Source of the DNA: Mycobacteriales bacterium | Lineage (GTDB): Bacteria > Actinomycetota > Actinomycetes > Mycobacteriales > CADCTP01 | Assembly: GCA_045806925.1 (NCBI GenBank) | Contig: JBJMII010000102.1 | Span: 1,478 to 65,477, forward strand | Direction of reading: 5' to 3' | Length of the DNA: 64,000 nucleotides | In this document: positions 51,872 through 59,193 of the stretch, piece after piece | How the letters are laid out: every line of letters starts with the position of its first letter | How positions within the stretch are numbered: the stretch's first letter is position 1 | Notes under the pieces: model-generated | The model's database searches: none | What the model was told of the DNA's origin: nothing | The model's input: the letters and a program-made list of their open reading frames with translations, nothing else | Position numbers and translations under genes: made by a program

Positions 51872-53106
51872 CCGGCACCGTCCAGCACGGCGAGGAGCAC
51901 GGAGGCGAAGTCGTCCGTCATCGCGGCGGTCATGTCGCCGCGCAGCATCAGCCGCACCCCGGCCTGGCCGCGGGCGACGATCGGGAAGAACATTGCCGAG
52001 CAGTAGTAGCCGCGGCGGTAGAGCTCGGTGGACAGCCGCACCGCCGCGTCGTTGTCGCCGACGGTGACGAACTTGATGTGCGAGCCGGCCCCGCGCAGGC
52101 CCCGCCCCGCCAGCCGGCGGTCGAAGAGCCGGACGTTGTCGGCCAGCCGGCGCTGCCGCCGGCCGAGCTCAACGCTCCGGTGCACCTCGATGCTGCCGAG
52201 GCTGGTGCCCACGGCCGCCGTCCGCAGCCCCTGCGACCAGCCGAGCGGGCCGGACCGGTAGAGGAAGTCGTACCTGCCGGGGGAGCCGATCATCGCGATG
52301 CCGCCGGTGCTGCCGAACGCCTTGGCGATCGAGGCCACCACGATGGTCCGGTCGTCCAGCTCCGCGAAGACCGACCGCGCGTAGCCCTCGCCGTGCCGGC
52401 CCTGGGTGGACAGCGCGTGCGAGTCGTCGACGTACAGGAACAGGCCGTACCGGTCCTGCAGCGCGCGCAGGCCGGCCAGGTCGGCGAGACCGCCGACGGA
52501 GTACGCGCCCTCGCACACGTACGCCACCCGGGGGTGCTGCCGGCACACGTCCTCCAGGAACTGCATGTCGTTGTGCGGGCTGGTCAGCACCATCGCCTCG
52601 TCGGCGACGACCGGCTTGAGGAAGCTCAGCGAGAAGTGCGCGAACCGGTCGAAGACGACGACGAGCGGCTCGCTGTCGGTGAGGTGGCCCGAGGCCAGCA
52701 GCGGCAGCAGCGCGGCGCTGAGCACACCGCACGAGATCGACGGCAGCACGCGGGCGCCGAAGAGCTCCGACAGCTCCTCCTCCAGCCGGTGCATCAGCTC
52801 CAGCCGGATCCGGAACTCCGCCATCGCCAGGCCGGTGATGCCCTGCTCCCGCAGCGCGGCCACGCCGCCGGCGACGACCGCGGGATGGCTGTTCAGCCCC
52901 AGGTACGAGCACGAGGAGAGGTTCACGAACTCGTGCCCGGTGCGGACGTCGCGCAGCCGGTTCTGGCCGGCCACCGCCTCGACCCGGATGTCCAGCATGC
53001 CGCTGTCCCGGGCGAGCCGCCACGCGGACTCGCTGGCCGGGACCATGCGCTGGTTGTTCCTGAACCGGTGCGGTCCGACCACGGTGTCGCGGTCGAGGTC
53101 GGTCAC
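51868..53106 (-). CDS. PLP-dependent alpha-oxoamine synthase family enzyme (AONS/SPT/ALAS-like)
   Basis: VNLSSCSYLGL, YVDDSHALS (D..H) and SIAKAFGSTGG (PLP-Lys motif S.xK..G..GG). GTG 53106 overlaps the upstream stop (GTGA). Confidence 0.75.
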   Translation of the reverse strand: MTDLDRDTVVGPHRFRNNQRMVPASESAWRLARDSGMLDIRVEAVAGQNRLRDVRTGHEFVNLSSCSYLGLNSHPAVVAGGVAALREQGITGLAMAEFRIRLELMHRLEEELSELFGARVLPSISCGVLSAALLPLLASGHLTDSEPLVVVFDRFAHFSLSFLKPVVADEAMVLTSPHNDMQFLEDVCRQHPRVAYVCEGAYSVGGLADLAGLRALQDRYGLFLYVDDSHALSTQGRHGEGYARSVFAELDDRTIVVASIAKAFGSTGGIAMIGSPGRYDFLYRSGPLGWSQGLRTAAVGTSLGSIEVHRSVELGRRQRRLADNVRLFDRRLAGRGLRGAGSHIKFVTVGDNDAAVRLSTELYRRGYYCSAMFFPIVARGQAGVRLMLRGDMTAAMTDDFASVLLAVLDGAG

Positions 53107-54071
53107 CGTCCCGCCCCCTCCGCGGCCGCCGGCAGCCGGCCGGCGCGCCGCCCGGTCGGCGGGGACTGCAGGAAGCGCCCCAGCCGGCCGAGCGCCTGCC
53201 GCGCCTTGGCCAGCCGCCGGTGGTGCAGGTGCCAGACGTGCACCATCCCGGGCCAGACCTCGAGCGTGACCGGGGAGCCGGCGTCGGCCAGCTTGGCGGC
53301 GAACCGCTCGGCGTCGCTGAGCAGCATCTCCCGCTCGCCCACCTGGATGAGGACGGGAGGGAGGCCGTGCACGGACCCGTACAACGGGGAGGCGTAGGGC
53401 GTCTCCGGGGGGACGCCGGCCAGGTAGGACTCGGCCACCAGCGCCACCACCCGCCTGGTGATCAGGGGGTCGACCGCCTCCTTGGTCCGGAACGTCTCGC
53501 CGGTTCCGGCCAGGTCCACCCACGGCGAGATGCACGCCGCCGCCCGGGGCATCGGCAGGCCCTGGTCCCGGGCGGCGAGCAGGGTCGCCAGCACCAGGCC
53601 GCCGCCGGCCGAGTCCCCGGCCACCACGACGGCGCCCGGTGGCCACCCCTCGTCCAGCAGCCCGGCGTACGCGCTCACCGCGTCCTGCAGCGCCGCCGGG
53701 TAGCGGTGCTCCGGCGCCCGGCGGTACTGCAGGTGCAGCATCGGGCAGCGCGCCGCGCGCGCGGCCTCGGCGGCCAGGCTGCCGTGGCTGGCCTGGGAGC
53801 CGTAGACGTAGCCGCCGCCGTGCAGGTACAAGCCGATCGTCGAGTCGTCGGCGTCCGGCGGGGTCAGCAGGTACGCCGGTACGTCGCCGACCGGTCGGCG
53901 GCGCACCCGGACGTCCGGCGCGACCGGCGCCCCCCAGGCGTCGTAGAAGCGCCGGGCCTCGGCGATGTCGTCCGGCCACCGGTCCGCCGCGAGCGCAGTC
54001 AGCAGGCGCGCCAGCTCCGCCTCGTCGGCTGCCGTGATGGCCGGGACGTCTCCGCTGCGCACCGGTGCCAC
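53103..54071 (-). CDS. Alpha/beta hydrolase fold-3 (HSL-like esterase/lipase)
   Basis: LHGGGY oxyanion motif and the GDSAGG nucleophile elbow. 322 aa. Confidence 0.8.
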   Translation of the reverse strand: MAPVRSGDVPAITAADEAELARLLTALAADRWPDDIAEARRFYDAWGAPVAPDVRVRRRPVGDVPAYLLTPPDADDSTIGLYLHGGGYVYGSQASHGSLAAEAARAARCPMLHLQYRRAPEHRYPAALQDAVSAYAGLLDEGWPPGAVVVAGDSAGGGLVLATLLAARDQGLPMPRAAACISPWVDLAGTGETFRTKEAVDPLITRRVVALVAESYLAGVPPETPYASPLYGSVHGLPPVLIQVGEREMLLSDAERFAAKLADAGSPVTLEVWPGMVHVWHLHHRRLAKARQALGRLGRFLQSPPTGRRAGRLPAAAEGAGR

Positions 54072-54078
54072 GGCGGCC

Positions 54079-55002
54079 TCAGCTCTCGACGGTGGCCGGG
54101 CGCTGCGCCGGCAGGCTGGAGTCCACTCCGCGGTGGTAGCGCTGGTGCGCCGCGGCGTCGGGGACCTCCAGCGTGACCTGGGGGATGCCGAGGCGGTAGT
54201 GCCGGTACCACCGCTCCAGGTCCGAGCCGTCCGGGAACTGGAACTCCAGGTGCCGGATCGGCCGGGTGCCCGGCTCGGCCGGGTCGGTGAGCCGCGGCAT
54301 CGAGCCGGCGTGCGCCAGGCCGCCGCTCACCTCGTTGTCCAGCACCACCATGACCAGGTCGTGCTGCAGGTCGACGTCCACGCCGACCGAGTAGTCGGCC
54401 AGGATCGCCTCGCTGTACTGCTCCTTGACCGCGACGTTGTAGCTGTGCGGCATCAGCTCGACCAGGTCGGCCGGGTCGATACCGTGGTCGGTGCAGTAGT
54501 CGCGGGTGTCGCAGACGATCGGCATCCCGCCGCTGATGTTGGTGTTCGGGCCGTAGATGTTGCCGATGAACGGGGTCGCGGCATCGAAGTGGACGCACTT
54601 CGTGGTGAGGAACTCGCGCGACGTGGTGTGGTCGCTGTTCGGGGTGAAGTGCGTGTTCTTGTTGAAGCCGTCGACGTCCATGCTGGCGACGCGGTCGTAG
54701 CCCATGGCGACCGGGCTGTTCATGGCGGCATCGACCTCGGCCGCGAAGGCGCGGAAGGCCGACTCCAGGTAGTCCCGCGCGACCGCGGCGTCCGCTGCCC
54801 GGTGCACGTCCATGCCGTGCCGGGCGAACAGGGCGTTCGCGCCGTGGCAGACGGCCAGCCCGGCACCGTCGGCGACCAGCTCGAGCAGCCGGGCGGTCAG
54901 CTCGCCGCCGACCATCCGGAGCTGGCCGTCGACCAGCTCCGCGTCGTAGCCGGACACGTCGACCATCGACTCCCTGACGATGTCCTGCATCGAGATCTCC
55001 AC
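54079..55002 (-). CDS. Hypothetical protein; family not recognised (possible HxD...H metal site)
   Basis: The ORF is open to 55053, but GGAGGA followed by GTG 55002 or ATG 54990 (MQDIVRES) looks like the real start. It contains CVHFDAATP and, about 90 residues later, GGLAHAGSMPR. Confidence 0.55.
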   Translation of the reverse strand: MEISMQDIVRESMVDVSGYDAELVDGQLRMVGGELTARLLELVADGAGLAVCHGANALFARHGMDVHRAADAAVARDYLESAFRAFAAEVDAAMNSPVAMGYDRVASMDVDGFNKNTHFTPNSDHTTSREFLTTKCVHFDAATPFIGNIYGPNTNISGGMPIVCDTRDYCTDHGIDPADLVELMPHSYNVAVKEQYSEAILADYSVGVDVDLQHDLVMVVLDNEVSGGLAHAGSMPRLTDPAEPGTRPIRHLEFQFPDGSDLERWYRHYRLGIPQVTLEVPDAAAHQRYHRGVDSSLPAQRPATVES

Positions 55003-55071
55003 GTTTCCTCCACGTTGTCGTCGGTACGCTGGCAAGCGCCGGGGTGTCGTCACCGGCCGGTCCGGACCGGG

Positions 55072-55920
55072 TCAGCCGACCGGTTTCGCCGTCTCGTCGT
55101 GGAGCCGCAGCATCCGCCGGGCCCTGAGCACGAACGGGGGCGCGAGCACGCCGTCCTCGGTCACGGCGAAGCCCTGCACGTTCCGCTCGTACTCGCGGAT
55201 CGTCCGGCGGTAGCCGGCCAGCTCGGCCGGGTCCACGGCGAACGCGTCGGTGATCGGGTCGACCTGCCGCGGGTGGATGGCCGCCTTGCCGGTGAAGCCG
55301 CAGCGCCGCGCGGCCTCGCTGGCTGCCCGGACCACGTCCATGTCCCGCAGCTCGAACGAGTTCGTGTCGATGGCCGGCAGCCCGTACTTGGCGGCCGCGA
55401 CGCACAGCCGCGCGCGGGCGTGCCCGAGGAACGACTCGTTCGGCGCGTACATCTCGGCGACCAGGTCCGCCTGCCCGAAGCACAGCCCGTCGCTCAGCGC
55501 GGCGATCTCGTACGCGTTCTCCACCGCGTCCACCGTCTCGATGAAGCTGCAGATGTCGACCGGGTCGGGCAGACCCGACAGCAGCGACCGGTAGACGACG
55601 ACATCGCCGCCGCCGGCGACCTTGGGCACGAAGACCGTCTGCACCGGGACTCCGCCGACCCGGCCGCCCAGCGCGAGCACCGCCTCGACGTCGCGCAGGC
55701 CGTCCGGGGTCGCGATGCTGTTGACCCGCAGGCCGACCCCGGGCAGCCCGGACCCGGACAGGTCGACGCTCGCCAGCCGGTCGCGGGCCGCGCCCTTCGC
55801 GTGCGCCGGGATGGAGTCCTCGAGGTCGAGCACCACCATGCCGGTCCGCGGCGGCACCGACCGGAGCAGCGCGTCGACGCGGAGCGCCGGGGTGTAGAGC
55901 AGGCACGGGTGCACCCTCAT
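55072..55920 (-). CDS. HpcH/HpaI aldolase / citrate lyase beta-subunit (CitE)-like protein
   Basis: VVLDLEDSI, CFGQADL and GKAAIHPRQV blocks are typical of CitE/malyl-CoA lyase-type enzymes. ATG 55920 overlaps the upstream stop (ATGA). Confidence 0.75.
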   Translation of the reverse strand: MRVHPCLLYTPALRVDALLRSVPPRTGMVVLDLEDSIPAHAKGAARDRLASVDLSGSGLPGVGLRVNSIATPDGLRDVEAVLALGGRVGGVPVQTVFVPKVAGGGDVVVYRSLLSGLPDPVDICSFIETVDAVENAYEIAALSDGLCFGQADLVAEMYAPNESFLGHARARLCVAAAKYGLPAIDTNSFELRDMDVVRAASEAARRCGFTGKAAIHPRQVDPITDAFAVDPAELAGYRRTIREYERNVQGFAVTEDGVLAPPFVLRARRMLRLHDETAKPVG

Positions 55921-56870
55921 GCCGAGCCCTCCCGGCCGAACAGCGCGTTCATCTTCTGCAACGAGAAGGCCTCGTAGCGGATCGGCTCGTACCGGGCCGC
56001 GCGGGTCCGGGTGAACGTCGGGAAGCACTCGATGACCGCGTCGTCGTTGGCCAGCTTGAAGAAGACCACGGACTGCCGCGGCCGGTCGGCCAGCTTGACC
56101 CGGTGCGGCGTCGAGACGTACTCGTCGTTGGACCAGCGCGCCATCAGGTCGCCGATGTTGACGACGAACCAGTCCCGCCGGCCGTCCCCGACGTCCAGCC
56201 AGCGGCCGGCCACGTCCCGGATCTGCAGGCCGGGGCCGTCCTGGGTGAGCAGCGTGATGAGGGTGCCGTCGGTGTGCTCGCCCATGCCCTGGTCGGTGCG
56301 GAGCTCCGGGCGCAGGCCGGGGTAGTAGTGGGAGCGGAGCGAGTCGTTCGACCGGTCGGTCCGGGTCGCGAAGAAGTCGCGCGGCAGCTCGAGCGCGACG
56401 GTCAGCAGCTCGGCGATCCTGCCGGCCACCGTCTCGCACGCGGCGAAGTAGTCCCTCAGGGCGGTCCGCAGCCGGCCGCCCTGCTCGTCCGGTGGGAACG
56501 GCAGGTCCTCGGTGTCGTCCAGGACGAGCCGGCCGACGCTGAACTTCTCCACGTAGTCCGACGGCATGCCCGGCCGGCCGGTGTAGGCGTACGCGTTCTC
56601 GGACAGCAGCGCGCTGTACCCGTACGGGCTGTAGTCGTTCTCGCCGCGGCGGGTGCTGGTGCGCATCGCGTACTCGCGCTTCTGTCCGGTCGGCCGGCGG
56701 AAGAACTCGAGGGACGCGGAGTACGCGTGGTCGAAGACCGCCGGCTCGATGCCGTGGTCGCGCACCACGAAGAACCCGACCTGCATGCACGCCGCCGAGA
56801 TCTCCGCGGCCACGGCCGGCTCGTCGCCGGACCGGGCCCGCTCCAGACTGATCACCGGAATGGACGTCAT
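55917..56870 (-). CDS. 2OG-Fe(II) oxygenase, isopenicillin-N-synthase/DIOX_N type
   Basis: IPVISL...GFFVVRDHGI (DIOX_N); HTDGTLITLL (HxD), STPHRV (distal His) and RQSVVFF (RxS). ATG 56870 overlaps the upstream stop (ATGA). Confidence 0.85.
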   Translation of the reverse strand: MTSIPVISLERARSGDEPAVAAEISAACMQVGFFVVRDHGIEPAVFDHAYSASLEFFRRPTGQKREYAMRTSTRRGENDYSPYGYSALLSENAYAYTGRPGMPSDYVEKFSVGRLVLDDTEDLPFPPDEQGGRLRTALRDYFAACETVAGRIAELLTVALELPRDFFATRTDRSNDSLRSHYYPGLRPELRTDQGMGEHTDGTLITLLTQDGPGLQIRDVAGRWLDVGDGRRDWFVVNIGDLMARWSNDEYVSTPHRVKLADRPRQSVVFFKLANDDAVIECFPTFTRTRAARYEPIRYEAFSLQKMNALFGREGSA

Positions 56871-57418
56871 CTCTCTCCCTCGGTCGGCACCGGGCGGCCG
56901 GTCCGCCGGTCCCCGGCGGCCCGGAGGGACACCAGGACCGTCCGGAGGAACTCGATGACCCGCGCGCCGTGCTGGTTGAGCCCGACGGTGCGCACCGTGA
57001 CGACGCCCTCGCCGGGCCGGGAGGCGGAGGGCCGCTTCGCGATGACGGTGGTCTCCGCGTAGAGCGTGTCGCCGACATGCACGGGGGCGCTCAGCCGCAC
57101 GTTGTCCCAGCCCAGGTTGGCGACGGCCTTCTGGCTGACCGACCGGACCGTCATCCCGTTGACGATGCTGAAGGTCACCAGGCTCGACACCAGCGCCTGC
57201 CCGAACGGGGTCCGCGCGGCGTACGCGCCGTCGATGTGGAGCGGGTGCTGGTTGAGGCACAGCAACGAGCTCCAGGTGTTGTCGGTGGCGGAGATGGTCC
57301 GCCCGGGCCGGTGCTCGATGACGTCGCCGACGACGAAGTCCTCGTACTGCAGCCCGTGGTCCTCCCGGTACCGGCCGGGCTCCAGCTCGAGGTAGGCCGG
57401 CAGCTCCTCGGCGCTCAT
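56867..57418 (-). CDS. MaoC-like (R)-specific enoyl-CoA hydratase/dehydratase (hotdog fold)
   Basis: FVVGDVIEHRPGRTI...NQHPLHIDGAYAA...FGQALVSS. ATG 57418 overlaps the upstream stop (ATGA). Confidence 0.75.
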   Translation of the reverse strand: MSAEELPAYLELEPGRYREDHGLQYEDFVVGDVIEHRPGRTISATDNTWSSLLCLNQHPLHIDGAYAARTPFGQALVSSLVTFSIVNGMTVRSVSQKAVANLGWDNVRLSAPVHVGDTLYAETTVIAKRPSASRPGEGVVTVRTVGLNQHGARVIEFLRTVLVSLRAAGDRRTGRPVPTEGER

Positions 57419-59190
57419 CGCGCGATCTCGGCCGAGCCGACCGGCTGCGGCCCGGCCGTGCGGAGTCCGTGCAGGGCGCCGCCGCGGTGCAGCGCGGCGA
57501 GCACCGACCTCACCGCGGCGACCGGCTCGGTCGGCGCCAGCCCCACGCCCCACACCGGCCGCCGGTCCACCAGCACCTCCGCGTAGCACACCCGCCGCGG
57601 GCCGGCCGGGATGCCGGTCTCCGCACCGGTGAGCTGTCGGAGCTCGGCCTGGGTCCCGCCGGCGCGCACGGCGCCCAGCAGCGTCCCGACCGGATCGTCG
57701 CGGTCGTCGAGCTCGAACACCGCGGTCCCCGGGACGGTGACGACGACCGCGCCGCCGTCGCCGGTGCACGGGGTCCGGACTGTGCCGCCCGGCTCGCAGT
57801 ACTCGGCCCGGAAGAGTTCCCAGAGCCGGCCGGGCTCCAGCTCCGTGCCGGTGCTGTCGGCGACCCGCTGCACCACCCGGGCGAAGTCGACGCGCAGGCC
57901 GGTGGGGAGGTCGAGGCCCCAGCGGGCGTGCAGCACGTGGGCGATGCCGCCCTTGCCCGACTGGCTGTTCACCCGGATGATCGCGCGGTAGTCACGGCCG
58001 ACGTCGTGCGGGTCGATCGGCAGGTACGGCACCTGCCACGGCAGCTCCGCGGGCGTCCGCCGGGCGGCCGCGGCCCGGTCGGCCAGGTGCGCGAGGCCCT
58101 TGGCGACGGCGTCCTGGTGGGTGCCGGAGAACGCGGTGAACACCAGGTCCCCGGCGTACGGGTGCCGGGGGTGCACCGGCATCTCGTTGCACCGCTCGAC
58201 GACGTCCCGGACGGTGGTCAGGTCGGAGAGGTCGAGCTGCGGGTCGACGCCGCGGCTGAACTGGTTGAGCGCGAGCGTGACCAGGCAGACGTTGCCGGTC
58301 CGCTCCCCGTTGCCGAACAGCGTCCCCTCGACCCGGTCCGCCCCGGCGGCGAGGGCGAACTCGGCGGCCGCCACGGCGGTGCCGCGGTCGTTGTGCGGGT
58401 GCACCGAGAGGATGATCGCCGCGCGCCGGTCCAGGTTGCGGTGCATCCACTCGACCTGGTCGGCGAAGACGTCCGGGGTGTGCACCTCCACCGTGGTCGG
58501 CAGGTTGAGCGTCAGCGGCCGGTCCGCGCTCGCGTCGACCACCTCGGCGACGGTGTTCGCGATCTCCAGCGCGAAGTCCGGCTCGGTGAGGTTGAAGGTC
58601 TCCGGGGAGTACTCGAACCGGATGCCGGAGCCGGCCGTCCGGTCGGCCAGCCGCACCATCAGCCGCGCGCTGTCCCGGGCGAGCGCCAGCACTTCGGCCG
58701 GGGTCAGCCTGAACACGACCTCCCGCCACAGGCAGGCCGTGGCGTGGCACAGGTGCACGATCGCGCGGTCGGCGCCGCGGACCGCGTCGAAGGTCCGCTC
58801 GATCAGGTCCGCCCGGGCCGGCGTGAAGACGGAGATGGTCACGTCGTCCGGGATGCGGTCGGCGGTGATCAGCTCGCGGACGAACCCGAAGTCGGCCTCA
58901 CTGGCCGACGGGTAGCCGACCTCGATGTCCTTGACGCCGATCCGGACCAGCAGGTCGAACATCGACCGCTTGCGGCGCAGGTCCATCGGGTTGGCCAGCG
59001 CCTGGTTGCCGTCGCGCAGGTCCACCGAGCTCCATAGCGGTGCCCGGTCGACCGGGCGGTCGATCCAGGCGCGCGAGCCGGGCGCTGGCCGGTCGGCGCG
59101 GACGTACCGGTGCACGGGCATGGCGGACGGCCGCTGCGGATTCCACCATGGCTGCGTCCCGGATCGGTCGGCCGGGGAGGTCGTGGACAC
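57415..59190 (-). CDS. 2-isopropylmalate synthase paralogue (long LeuA type with C-terminal regulatory domain)
   Basis: VDLRDGNQAL, IEVGYPSASEADF, SVHPHNDRGT and GTLFGNGERTGN. The usually conserved H.YNSTS block reads HLCHATA, which suggests a diverged paralogue rather than the housekeeping leuA. Confidence 0.8.
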   Translation of the reverse strand: MSTTSPADRSGTQPWWNPQRPSAMPVHRYVRADRPAPGSRAWIDRPVDRAPLWSSVDLRDGNQALANPMDLRRKRSMFDLLVRIGVKDIEVGYPSASEADFGFVRELITADRIPDDVTISVFTPARADLIERTFDAVRGADRAIVHLCHATACLWREVVFRLTPAEVLALARDSARLMVRLADRTAGSGIRFEYSPETFNLTEPDFALEIANTVAEVVDASADRPLTLNLPTTVEVHTPDVFADQVEWMHRNLDRRAAIILSVHPHNDRGTAVAAAEFALAAGADRVEGTLFGNGERTGNVCLVTLALNQFSRGVDPQLDLSDLTTVRDVVERCNEMPVHPRHPYAGDLVFTAFSGTHQDAVAKGLAHLADRAAAARRTPAELPWQVPYLPIDPHDVGRDYRAIIRVNSQSGKGGIAHVLHARWGLDLPTGLRVDFARVVQRVADSTGTELEPGRLWELFRAEYCEPGGTVRTPCTGDGGAVVVTVPGTAVFELDDRDDPVGTLLGAVRAGGTQAELRQLTGAETGIPAGPRRVCYAEVLVDRRPVWGVGLAPTEPVAAVRSVLAALHRGGALHGLRTAGPQPVGSAEIAR

Positions 59191-59193
59191 GCC

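Noticed and set aside
57415-59190. The LeuA-type gene, considered as the housekeeping leucine-biosynthesis gene, with the neighbouring genes as primary metabolism.
   Set aside because: It is translationally coupled to MaoC, oxygenase, CitE-like and AONS-like genes rather than to leuB/C/D. Its conserved H.YNSTS block is altered. There is also no upstream leader or attenuator space, because the MMPL stop lies only 3 nt away. This cannot be fully excluded without the rest of the genome.
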